Below are positions 40,271 through 51,497 of a DNA stretch of 64,000 nucleotides, one piece after another (positions within the stretch are counted from its first letter, which is position 1; each line of letters begins with the position of its first letter). The DNA is taken from the NCBI GenBank assembly GCA_012514035.1, contig JAAZBB010000043.1, positions 19,463-83,462 of the forward strand, in the 5' to 3' direction. Made by a program: the position numbers and the translations under genes. Under the pieces are notes generated by a model that saw only the letters and a list, made by a program, of their open reading frames with translations, did no database searches and had not been told where the DNA came from. The stretch is from Lentisphaerota bacterium. Lineage in GTDB: Bacteria > Verrucomicrobiota > Kiritimatiellia > CAIQIC01 > Lenti-01.

Positions 40271-41245
40271 TCAGGCCATCCTGTATCCGTGCGGATGGGC
40301 GCGATGCCAATCCCACGCGTGCTGCACAATGGTGGCCAGGTCCGGATGCCGTGGCCGCCAGCCCAGAATGTCCCGCGCCTTTTCGGCGCCGGCGACCAGG
40401 CAGGCGGGATCGCCGGGCCGGCGCGGCGACAGAACCACGGGAATCTCATGCCCGGTCACGCGCCGGCAGGTGGCCACCACTTCCTGCACGGAAAATCCGG
40501 TGCCCGTGCCCAGGTTGAACGGGCCGGTTTCTTGCTTTTCCAAAGCCAGGATGTGGGCCCGGGCCAGATCCACGATATGGATGTAGTCGCGGATGCATGT
40601 TCCGTCCGGCGTGTCGTAATCGTCCCCGAAGACCGGCACCGCGTCCGCCTGCCCCAGCGCCACTTTAAGGACATTGGGGATCAGGTGGGTTTCCGGATCG
40701 TGGTCTTCCCCGAACTGTTCGGTGGCGCCGGCGGCGTTGAAGTAGCGCAGGAAGACCGGCTCAAGGCCGTGCCGCTCCTGCTCCCAGCGCATGGCCGTTT
40801 CCAGCATCAGCTTCGACTCCCCGTAGGGATTGGTCGGCCGCTGAGGCAGCGCTTCGGTCATGGGCATGGATTCCGGCTGGCCGTAGGTCGCGCAGGTCGA
40901 GGAAAAGATGATCTTTCTGACTCCGGAACGCCGCATCGCATCCAGCAAGTGCAGGCCGCCGGTCAGGTTGTTGTGAAAGTACAGCAGGGGGTCGCGCATG
41001 GATTCGCCCACCAGGGCGTAGGCGGCGAAATGCACCACGGCGTCGGGCCGCACCTGATGCATCGCCTCGCGGATGGGCCGGGGATCGCGAAGATCGCCGA
41101 CCACCAGCCGGGCCCGGGGATCGACCGCCTCCCGGTGGCCGCGCTCCAGGTTGTCGAACACCGTCACCTGGTGGCCGTCATCGCACAACAACTCTGTTGT
41201 CACGCTGCCGATATACCCGGAACCGCCTGTAACCAGGATCTTCAT
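40271..41245 (-). CDS. galE: UDP-glucose 4-epimerase
   Basis: MKILVTGGSGYIGS, YGESKLM (YxxxK), 324 aa. The ORF-track start at 41308 is an extension. Confidence 0.85.
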   Translation of the reverse strand: MKILVTGGSGYIGSVTTELLCDDGHQVTVFDNLERGHREAVDPRARLVVGDLRDPRPIREAMHQVRPDAVVHFAAYALVGESMRDPLLYFHNNLTGGLHLLDAMRRSGVRKIIFSSTCATYGQPESMPMTEALPQRPTNPYGESKLMLETAMRWEQERHGLEPVFLRYFNAAGATEQFGEDHDPETHLIPNVLKVALGQADAVPVFGDDYDTPDGTCIRDYIHIVDLARAHILALEKQETGPFNLGTGTGFSVQEVVATCRRVTGHEIPVVLSPRRPGDPACLVAGAEKARDILGWRPRHPDLATIVQHAWDWHRAHPHGYRMA

Positions 41246-41407
41246 ACGAGCGGGGTTGTAGCAGACCCGCCGCCCCGGGGGCAAACCCTTTTGGCGCCCG
41301 GCCTCCACCGGCGGCTGGACTTGCGCCCGGCCATGGAAATCGCTAGGCTGACCTGTGAATTCCGGTTCCGCCCTGCAAGGCGATCCCGGCTAAGGAAAGG
41401 GTGCCCC

Positions 41408-43500
41408 ATGTCCCGCAACGTGTATATCGCCGCCACGGAATCCAGCAGCGGAAAATCCGCCATTGCGCTGGGCGTTATGGAAATGATGGTCAAGAAAGTC
41501 GGACATGTCGGCTTTTTCCGGCCGATCATCGCCGCGCCGCGCGGCGGGGAGGAACAGGACAACGACATCGCGCTGATCACCAGCCACTTCCGGCTGGACA
41601 TCCCCTACGAAGAGGCCTACGCCTTTACCAGCCGCGAAGCCGGTGAGCTCATCCAGGCCGGCAAGACCTCCGTGCTGATCGAAGGCATCCTGGCCAAGTA
41701 CAATGCCATCGCCGCCCGTTTCGATTTCGTCGTCTGCGAGGGCTCCGACTATGAGGGGGAAACCTCCGCCTTTGAATTCAACATCAATGCCGAAATCGCG
41801 CGGAACATTGACGCGCCCGTATTCCTGATCATGAATGGCAACAAACTCGGGGCGGAAGGCCAGTTGACGGGCCTGGATTTCGCCGTGCAGAGTTTCCGGG
41901 AAGGCGACTGCAAGGTACTGGCCGCCATCCTGAACCGCTATCCCGCCGGGCGCCTGGATGAACTGCCCGCCCGGTTGCGGGCCTCGCGCCATGCGGATCT
42001 GCCCGTGTATGCCCTCCCCGAGGATCCTCTTTTGGCCGCCCCCATGATGAGCGAGGTCGCCCATGCCCTCGGCGCCCAGACGTTTTTCCGCCCCGATCTG
42101 CTGGATTCCCTGCAGGCCACCTCGTTCAGCGTGGCAGATTCCTCCCCGGAGCTCTTCCTGTCGCAATTGCAGGACGGCGCGCTGCTGTTCATTTCCGGCG
42201 ATCGCTTCGGCAACCTGCTGGGCGTGATGCTGCGGCTCAATTCCGCCAAACCGGTCAACATCGCCGGCATTGTCCTGACCAACGGCTTCAAGCCCGCCGG
42301 CGCGGTAGCCACCCTCCTCACGGAGATCAAGAACATGGTGCCGGTGCTGTCCGTACCGGGCACGACCTTCGAGGCGGTAACCACGGTATCGCGCCTGCAT
42401 TCGCGCATTTATCCCGGGGCCACCCGCAAAATCACCACTGCGCTGGCCCTCTTTGAATCGTGCGTGGATACCCGCAAGCTGGTGGACCTGCTGGCGACGG
42501 CGAAAACCGGCGTGGTCACGCCCAAGATGTTCGAGTTCGGCCTCATTCAAAGAGCCCAGGCGCCCCGGCAGCGCATTGTCCTGCCCGAAGGCGAAGAGGA
42601 CCGCATCCTGTACGCCACCGAGCAGGTCATCCGGCGGGGCATCGCCGATGTCATCCTGCTGGGCAATGCCCAGAAGATCCGCAGCAAGATTTCGCACCTG
42701 GGTCTCAACCTGCCCGGAGTGGAGATCATCCAGCCTCTCCAGTCGCCCCACTTCCGGGATTTCGTCAATGCCTACGCCGAACTGCGCCAGTCCAAGGGCA
42801 TGACGTCCGACATGGCCGAAACCATCATGGTGGACGTGTCCTATTTCGGAACCATGATGGTCTACAAGGGACTGGCCGACGGCATGGTGTCCGGCTCCGT
42901 CAACACCACGGCCCATACCGTCCGCCCTGCCCTGCAGTTCATCCGCACCAAGCCCGGGTTCACCATCGTCTCCTCCGTGTTCTTCATGTGCCTGAAAGAC
43001 CGCGTGCTGGTCTACGGCGACTGCGCCATCAACCCCAATCCCACCGCCCAGCAACTCGCCGAAATCGCCGTCACCTCCGCGCGCACCGCCCAGACGTTCG
43101 GGGTGGAACCGCGCGTGGCCATGCTGTCCTACTCCACCGGTGCGTCCGGCGGTGGGGCCGATGTGGAGCGCGTGCGCGAGGCCACCGAACTCGCGCACCG
43201 CATGGCGCCCGAGCTGCCCCTGGAGGGCCCCATCCAGTACGATGCCGCCATCGATGCCGAAGTCGCCCGCACGAAGATGCCCGAATCCAAGGTAGCCGGA
43301 CAGGCCACCGTCTTTATCTTCCCCGATCTCAATACCGGCAACAACACCTACAAGGCCGTGCAGCGCTCCGCGGGTGCCGTCGCCATTGGCCCCGTCATCC
43401 AGGGTCTGCGCAAGCCCGTCAATGATCTCTCCCGCGGGTGCACCGTCACGGACATCGTGAATACCGTCGCCATCACCGCCATCCAGGCTCAGGCGGAAAA

Positions 43501-43504
<4 letters not shown>
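41408..43504 (+). CDS. pta: phosphate acetyltransferase, long form with N-terminal P-loop-like/DRTGG region
   Basis: MSRNVYIAATESSSGKSAIALGVMEM. The C-terminal PTA domain (RIVLPEGEEDRIL..GPVIQGLRKPVNDLSRGC). 698 aa. Confidence 0.85.
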
Positions 43505-45422
<1,918 letters not shown>

Positions 45423-45531
45423 GTATTCAGAATTCAGGAGTCAGAATTCAGAATGCGAGCTCGTCTCCTCCATGCAACTGCCGAAAACTCTTGGCTTCCA
45501 TTCTGAATCCTGAATTCTGGATACTGAATTC
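45423..45531. repeat. 33-nt-arm inverted repeat built from TTCAGRA units, filling the gmd-rmd spacer
   Basis: GTATTCAGAATTCAGGAGTCAGAATTCAGAATG (45423-45455) versus the reverse complement of 45499-45531, GAATTCAGTATCCAGAATTCAGGATTCAGAATG. 27/33 positions pair. Confidence 0.7.
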
Positions 45532-45537
45532 TTCCTT

Positions 45538-46470
45538 ATGAAAGTCCTCGTCACTGGCGCCAACGGATTCGCGGGCCGGCATGCGGTCGCCGCTCTGCAG
45601 GCGGCCGGCCATGAAGTGACCGGCGGCGACCTCGCCTGCCCGTCCCACAGCCCGGTTCCCTGCGTGGAACTGGACGTGTGCCGCCCCGCCTCCCTGTCCC
45701 GGGTCCTGGCCACCGTGCATCCCGATGCCATCCTGCACCTCGGCGGCATCGCGTTCGTCCCCTTGGGCTGGACCGAGCCGCAGCGCGTGTTTTCCGTCAA
45801 TACCATCGGCACACTGAATCTGCTTGAGGCCGTCCGCCAGCATGCCCCGACCGTCCGCGTCCTGGTCGTCACCTCCGCAGAGGTCTATGGCTCCCATCCC
45901 GCCCCCCAGCCCCTGACCGAAGACGCTCCCTACCGGCCCGACAACATCTACGGTATCGCCAAAGCCGCCGCCGACCACTCCGCCCTCCTCTACGCCAGCC
46001 ATCACCAGCTCGCCATCATGGTCGCCCGTCCCTCGAACCATATCGGCCCCGGCCAATCCCTCGAATTCGTCTCGACCGCTTTCGCCGTACAACTGGCCGC
46101 CATCGCCGACGGCTCCCCGCCCCTTCTGCGCGTGGGCAACCTTGAACCGCGCCGCGACTTCACCGATGTCCGCGATGTCGTCCGCGCCTACGTGCGCCTG
46201 CTCGAGGCCGGCCGGCCCGGCCAGGCCTACAACATCGCCTCCGGCCGCATGATTCCCGTACGCGATCTGCTCGACGGCCTCTGCGAGGCCGCCGGCGTGC
46301 GCCCCCAGATCGATGTCGATCCCGCCCGCTTCCGACCCAACGAAGAGCGCCCCCGCTACGACATCTCCCGCATTCGGCGGGAGGTCGGCTGGCAACCGGA
46401 AATTCCCCTGCGCGACTCGCTCGCCGCCGTCTATGCCGACATCCGTTCCCGGCGCGCCGCCGGCACCTGA
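45538..46470 (+). CDS. rmd: GDP-4-dehydro-6-deoxy-D-mannose reductase (Rmd-like SDR)
   Basis: MKVLVTGANGFAGRH, YGIAKAA, ARPSNHIGPGQ, VGNLEPRRDFTDVRDV. Strongly reminiscent of Rmd as I recall it, and adjacent to gmd. Confidence 0.75.
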   Translation: MKVLVTGANGFAGRHAVAALQAAGHEVTGGDLACPSHSPVPCVELDVCRPASLSRVLATVHPDAILHLGGIAFVPLGWTEPQRVFSVNTIGTLNLLEAVRQHAPTVRVLVVTSAEVYGSHPAPQPLTEDAPYRPDNIYGIAKAAADHSALLYASHHQLAIMVARPSNHIGPGQSLEFVSTAFAVQLAAIADGSPPLLRVGNLEPRRDFTDVRDVVRAYVRLLEAGRPGQAYNIASGRMIPVRDLLDGLCEAAGVRPQIDVDPARFRPNEERPRYDISRIRREVGWQPEIPLRDSLAAVYADIRSRRAAGT

Positions 46471-46473
46471 ACC

Positions 46474-47640
46474 ATGGCCCGGACTTCCCGCGAAAAAGCC
46501 GAAATATATCTCCTGGCGGTCGTCTCCGGCCGTCTGCGGGGCCTTGGGCCGAATCTGCTGCGCTTCGTGCTCAAGTGGCTGTCGAAACTCTACAGCTTCA
46601 TCATGAACGTGCGGCTGGCCCTCTTCGAACATCGTATCATCCGTTCCAAGACCCTCGGCTGCCAGGTCGTCAGCATCGGCAACCTGACCGTCGGCGGCAC
46701 CGGCAAGACGCCTGTCGTGGAGGTTTTCGCCCGCGCGCTTCAGAAGAACGGCCGCAAGGTAGCCATCCTCAGCCGGGGCTACATGAAGGCGGAGGATCCC
46801 TTCTCCGAACGCCTGCTCAACCTGCTGACCTTCAAAACCCCGCGCCAGCAGCCGCCCCGCATCGTCTCCGATGGCCAACGCCTCCTGCTCGACTCCGAAA
46901 TGGGCGGCGACGAACCGTACATGCTCGCCTCCAACCTCCCCGATGTCTGCGTGCTCGTGGACAAAGACCGCGTCAAATCCGGCCGCTACGCCATCCAGAA
47001 ACTCGGCTGCGATACGCTGATCCTCGACGACGGCTTCCAGTACCTGCGCCTCAAACACCGCGTGGAAATCGTGCTGATCGACCGCACCAACCCCTTCGAT
47101 AACGGCTATGTCCTGCCCCGCGGCCTCCTGCGAGAATCCGTCCGCCATCTGAGCCGCGCCACCTTTATCTTCATCACCAAGTCCACCGGCGATGGCTCCC
47201 CCGACCTACGCCAGCAGATCCGCGCCCTGAACAACAAGGCCGAAATCGCCGAATGCCGCCACACTCCCCGCCACTTCCAGGAAGTCTATTCCGGCGACCG
47301 CAAACCCCTCGCCCTCATCCAGGGCCTGAAGGTCGCCGCGCTCTCCGGCATCGCCTCCCCGCGCGGCTTCGAGGAAAGCCTCGAACGCCTGGGTGGCGAA
47401 CTCGTCCACCGCAAGCGCTTCGCCGATCACCACCGCTACACCCAGCAGGAAATCCTCGACATGATCAACGCCAGCCGCGACCGCGGCGCCCAGGCCATCA
47501 TCACCACCGAGAAAGACGCCGTGCGCTTCCCCTGGATCGAGCGGCGCGATATCCCTCTCTATTTCCTGCGCGTGGAAATTGAACTGCTCAGCGGCGAAGA
47601 GGATTTCAACGCCCTTATCTCCCGTATCTGCTTCAAGTAG
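46474..47640 (+). CDS. lpxK: tetraacyldisaccharide 4'-kinase
   Basis: [40 protein letters not shown]. Confidence 0.85.
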   Translation: MARTSREKAEIYLLAVVSGRLRGLGPNLLRFVLKWLSKLYSFIMNVRLALFEHRIIRSKTLGCQVVSIGNLTVGGTGKTPVVEVFARALQKNGRKVAILSRGYMKAEDPFSERLLNLLTFKTPRQQPPRIVSDGQRLLLDSEMGGDEPYMLASNLPDVCVLVDKDRVKSGRYAIQKLGCDTLILDDGFQYLRLKHRVEIVLIDRTNPFDNGYVLPRGLLRESVRHLSRATFIFITKSTGDGSPDLRQQIRALNNKAEIAECRHTPRHFQEVYSGDRKPLALIQGLKVAALSGIASPRGFEESLERLGGELVHRKRFADHHRYTQQEILDMINASRDRGAQAIITTEKDAVRFPWIERRDIPLYFLRVEIELLSGEEDFNALISRICFK

Positions 47641-47744
47641 GCCGCTCGGCCGTACCGACCCGATACCCACGTTCCGGCTGCCAGTGTTCAACATGCCATG
47701 GCGTCCGCCGCTCTGGTGTCTTCCCTCATGCAAAAACAATGAAT

Positions 47745-47760
47745 ATGTTTAATTAAACAT
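47745..47760. promoter_or_regulatory. perfect 16-bp palindrome inside an AT-rich island
   Basis: ATGTTTAATTAAACAT is its own reverse complement. A partial second copy, ACGTTTAATTATATGT, lies near 47809-47824. Confidence 0.5.
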
Positions 47761-48006
47761 TACCCTTAAGATTGCATGAAATAATAGATAATCACAATAT
47801 TATGGATAACGTTTAATTATATGTTACTATTTCCTGCCCCGTAGTCTGTCGACGCGAATGCCCCCCGCCTGCAACAGAACCTCGTCGCGTTTGAAGTGCG
47901 GCGACAGAATCCGCACGCGACAAGACTACGGTCAACGGGAAGCAACCCCGTTTGCGCCTGCGGTTCGGCTTACTCAACCGAAATCGAAAAGCTTTCAAAC
48001 ACCGGT

Positions 48007-49095
48007 TCAGGTGCTGGCGCGAATTTCGATCACATCGCCGTCCTGGACAATGTACCCCTTGCCCTCCAGGCGCAGTTTGCCCGCCTCGCGGCAGGCCGCA
48101 TGGGTTTTCTTCTCGATCAGCGTCGGAGCATCAACCGTTTCGGCGCGAATGAATCCCCGCGCCAGATCGGTGTGGATCTTGCCGGCCGCCGTCTCCGCGT
48201 TGTCGCCGCGCCGAAGCGTCCAGGCACGCACCTCGTCTTCCCCCACCGTGAAGAAACTGATGAGATTCAGGGTCTGATACGCCGCCTGGATCAGCCGCGT
48301 CCGCGCCGGCTCCCTCAGCCCGTAGTCTTGCAGGAAACCGGCCTGGTCACCCGGGGCCAGGGCGGCGATTTCCGCCTCCAGCGGGGCGCAGAAGGCTAGC
48401 AGATCGAGCCCCTTCTCCTGGCACGCCGTGCGCAATGCCGCGCACTGTTCTCCGGTTGGATCCGCATCGCCGGTGTTGGCAATCACCAGCACCCGCTTCT
48501 GCGACAGAAAACTAAAACTGCTAACCAGTTTCTGCTCCTCGGCTGGCAGTTCCAGGTCGCGCAAGGCCCGTCCGGAATCGATCGCCGCCTTGCATTTCTG
48601 CAGCACCGCCAGCTCCGGCAGCCCCTGCTTCAGCCCGCGCTTGACGTCCTGCTCGATTTTTTCGACGCGGCGCTCGACCTTCTCCAGATCCGCCATCGCC
48701 AGGTCCAGCAGCACGGATTCCAACTGCGCCACGGAATCCAACGGCTTGCCCGCGCCATCCGTTTCCCCAAACGATTGCACTACCAGCGCAAAGGCGTCCG
48801 CCTCGCCCAGAAATGCATTCAGCGGCCCGAATCCGCTGCCCTCCGCATGCGCGGGCAGCGCCACATCCACAAACGTGACTTCCGCCGGAATGTATTTCTT
48901 GGGCTGGAAGATATCGCGCAGCGCGGCCAGCCGCGGATCGGGCACCTTGACCGTACCGAGCCGGTGCCCGCCCCTGGTCGCGAAATGCGGTCCTTCGGGC
49001 GTCTGAATCAGCGCATCGAAAACCGCTGTCTTGCCCGCCGCCCGGGCCCCGATCAGATATAAAAGCAAAGCTGCCATGGGCCCGTAGTAAAACAT
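48007..49095 (-). CDS. ychF: YchF/OLA1-family ribosome-binding ATPase
   Basis: P-loop IGARAAGKTAVFDAL. C-terminal TGS-like ISFFTVGEDEVRAWT..GKIHTDLARGFIRAE..GKGYIVQDGDVIEIR. Alternative start at 49077. Confidence 0.8.
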   Translation of the reverse strand: MFYYGPMAALLLYLIGARAAGKTAVFDALIQTPEGPHFATRGGHRLGTVKVPDPRLAALRDIFQPKKYIPAEVTFVDVALPAHAEGSGFGPLNAFLGEADAFALVVQSFGETDGAGKPLDSVAQLESVLLDLAMADLEKVERRVEKIEQDVKRGLKQGLPELAVLQKCKAAIDSGRALRDLELPAEEQKLVSSFSFLSQKRVLVIANTGDADPTGEQCAALRTACQEKGLDLLAFCAPLEAEIAALAPGDQAGFLQDYGLREPARTRLIQAAYQTLNLISFFTVGEDEVRAWTLRRGDNAETAAGKIHTDLARGFIRAETVDAPTLIEKKTHAACREAGKLRLEGKGYIVQDGDVIEIRAST

Positions 49096-49290
49096 ATCGA
49101 CACATCCGATGCAATCGCTTCACGACGGCAGTCAGTTTCGACACCCCGATGGATTTCGATGGCGCCCCATTTTTCATCATGTCGTAACACAACCCTGCCG
49201 CCTCGCAAACCCGTATGTTACAAGGCGACAGCCCATCATCCCGAATACGGCGCGGGGCGGTTCCTCTTTTCCGGTACTTGATTTGATCGG

Positions 49291-49973
49291 ATGGGGACAT
49301 GGGGGCTTGGACCCCGTGCCCCTTCTTCACCACCGGACATGCGGTTTCCCGCATTCGGCGGTTGAACTGGGCGCTACCTTCTCTGGCTGCAGCAAAGCAA
49401 AGGCAAGGTACACGTATCTCGCTCCTGCCTGTGCTTCATCGAACAAGTCTCCCGACTTTCCCTTGAATCATAGAAAGTGCCCGCAAACGACATCCATAAT
49501 GCATCCACATTCCACCGCCGTTCGCCCTTTGGCTCGGCTGGATCAGCCTTTGCCTCCTTTTCGGATCTTGTCACTCTCTTTCTCCGGGGAACTTCGGTCT
49601 GTTTTCTCCAGTTCTTCGGCCCTTCGCTCCGGCCGCCTTTCGGCGGCTCTCTTCGCTACTACGGCCTCTGATGACTCCTCCTCCCGACTCTCGCCCCGGA
49701 GGCTTCCCCAGGTAAGGTGCGTGAACTTTCGGCCCGCGCCGCCAGACTCTTCCCGATCCGGCTTTCGGCGACGGTTGGATTTCGCGTTCTCTCGCACGCT
49801 CATCGCCCGGATTGAGCCTCGCTGCCTGTTCGTGTTTCTGCGGTCGTGCCTTGGCTACGGACTTCTTTCAGCTCGGACCCTTGCGGGGACGGCCTTGTCT
49901 TTCGCTTCGGTTGTCGTCGCTATCTCCGGCCATCTCCTTTCAGGTGACAAGTTCACGCCCATGCTGGGCACAC
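49291..49973 (-). mobile_element. ORF-less group II intron-like ribozyme (class unassigned; domain V triad CGC)
   Basis: Minus strand starts GTGTGCCCAGCATGGGCGTGAAC (GUGYG 5' end). Contains CAACCGAAGCGAAAGACAAGG and many other GAAA-capped hairpins. Domain V-like CCGCCGAAUGCGG-GAAA-CCGCAUGUCCGGUGG at 49331-49364. Domain VI-like GGGGCACGGGG-UCCAAG-CCCCCAUGUCCCC with an unpaired A. Ends ..CCCCAU. No reverse-transcriptase ORF. Confidence 0.7.
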
Positions 49974-50084
49974 GAGTGCGGCGGCATGACGCCGCTTTGG
50001 AGCCGCGACATGCTTGCCCGCCGCAGCCTTGGACAAAGGCGGGGGGCGGCCCGGGAAAGCGCAGTCATGCCCACACTCCAAAAT
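49974..50084 (-). repeat. TTGGAGTGYG...CGCACTC inverted-repeat element (copy interrupted by the intron)
   Basis: Minus strand: TTTTGGAGTGTGGGC (50084-50070) ... GCCGCCGCACTC (49985-49974). Same architecture at 21321..21441 and 55279..55352. A half copy lies at 51202..51221. Confidence 0.6.
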
Positions 50085-50359
50085 GGCCGACCCTCTTGCC
50101 CCCCCTGTTGTGCCTTCGCGTCCATGCCGTTGGCTTGGCATGCTTGGTGCGAGAACCCATCCCGGTCTCGACGGGGCCGCCCTGGCTTTTCGATCCCGCC
50201 TCCCCCTTTCGTGCATTTCGCGCATTTCGTAGTTTGTCCCCCTGTTTCCTGCTTTCTTGACTTGCCGTTGCATCCAGTCCTACCCTAATCACCGTGACGA
50301 TCCGAGAAGGACATCATTCGGACGGTCATGACCGGATTCCTTCACCCCTGAAAAGGAAA

Positions 50360-51112
50360 ATGACCATGGATATTCCCCGGATATTCACCATCACGGAAAG
50401 CGCCCACCGCATTCACAACCCGATCACGCCCGAAAAGCTCGCCATTCTCGGCGCGGCGCTGCGCCTGGCGCCGGGGGCCCGGGTGCTCGATCTCGGCAGC
50501 GGGTCGGGCGAGATGCTGTGCACCTGGGCGCGCGATCACGGCATCACCGGCACCGGCGTGGACATGAGCCCGTTGTATACCGAACAGGCGAAACGACGGG
50601 CCGAAGAACTCGGCGTCGCCGGCCAGGTGGAGTTTATCCATGGCAATGCCGCGGGCTACGTCGTCGGCGAGAAGGTGGATGTGGCCGCCTGTGTCGGAGC
50701 CACCTGGATCGGCGGAGGAGTCGCCGGCACGATCGAACTGCTGAAGCAGAGCCTGCGCCCCGGAGGAATCCTCCTCATCGGCGAGCCGTTCTGGCGGCAG
50801 ATGCCGCCGACGGAAGAAATCGCCAAAGGGTGTCTGGCCCATTCCATCGCCGACTTTGTCTTGCTGCCGGAATTGATCGCGTCGTTCGGGCGCCTGGGCT
50901 GTGATGTCGTGGAAATGGTTCTGGCCGACCAGGATGGCTGGGACCGGTACGAGGCGGCCAAATGGCTGACCATGCGCCGATGGCTGGAGGACAATCCCGG
51001 GAACGAGTTCGCGAGCCAGGTCCGGGAACAGCTGGACACCGAACCCGTGCGATATGCCACCTATACGCGCGACTACCTGGGCTGGGGCGTGTTTGCGCTG
51101 ATGCCGCGGTGA
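50360..51112 (+). CDS. class I SAM-dependent methyltransferase
   Basis: VLDLGSGSGEM (motif I), GVDMSP. AAGGA Shine-Dalgarno sequence just upstream of ATG 50360. Confidence 0.75.
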   Translation: MTMDIPRIFTITESAHRIHNPITPEKLAILGAALRLAPGARVLDLGSGSGEMLCTWARDHGITGTGVDMSPLYTEQAKRRAEELGVAGQVEFIHGNAAGYVVGEKVDVAACVGATWIGGGVAGTIELLKQSLRPGGILLIGEPFWRQMPPTEEIAKGCLAHSIADFVLLPELIASFGRLGCDVVEMVLADQDGWDRYEAAKWLTMRRWLEDNPGNEFASQVREQLDTEPVRYATYTRDYLGWGVFALMPR

Positions 51113-51497
51113 TGCGCGGGAAGAGAAATCGTTCGCTGTTCATCCGATTCGATCCAAAGCGGTGCCCCTCCACAGGCGGGCAGGCTGCGCTTCGCTTGTC
51201 CCCGCACTCCAAAGCCGATCCCGCCCCTCCTCGGCAGCTGCGCTCGGGGAGCGCGACGCTCCCTCCGGGTCCGACGCGTTCAGCGAGCGTATCTACAACG
51301 GAACCCAGACGCCTCGGCAAGGCGTACCTACCTGCCGAGCCCAGTCGCGCCTTTGACGTGGCACGTAATGGACCTCCCCCTCTCGGCTCCCCGTCTGTGG
51401 CAAAAATTCTTGCTTCGCTTCCTTTGAAATCGACACGTTACGTTTCTTGACGTTATTCTCCCCACCAACGGACGGCTTTACGGCTGACCACGTGGAG

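Noticed and set aside
49096-49354. Helix-turn-helix-looking peptide (..GAPSKSIGVSKLTAVVKRL..) in ORF 48521..49354, suggestive of a transposase or resolvase fragment.
   Set aside because: The frame begins inside the intron's domain V/VI and runs into ychF in another frame. The resemblance is about 20 aa only, with no independent start or stop logic.
49400-49460. GGGAAAGUCGGGAGAC on the minus strand resembles the RNase P RNA GGAAAGUCCGGGCU motif.
   Set aside because: No other RNase P landmarks are present (P4 halves, the ACAGAAC..GGCUUA 3' region). The stretch fits better as part of the group II intron-like RNA.
50360-51112. Methyltransferase as part of a restriction-modification or defence system.
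   Set aside because: The motifs look like small-molecule class I SAM methyltransferases. There are no DNA-methylase motifs (DPPY/NPPY or PC-ENV) and no adjacent nuclease or specificity gene.
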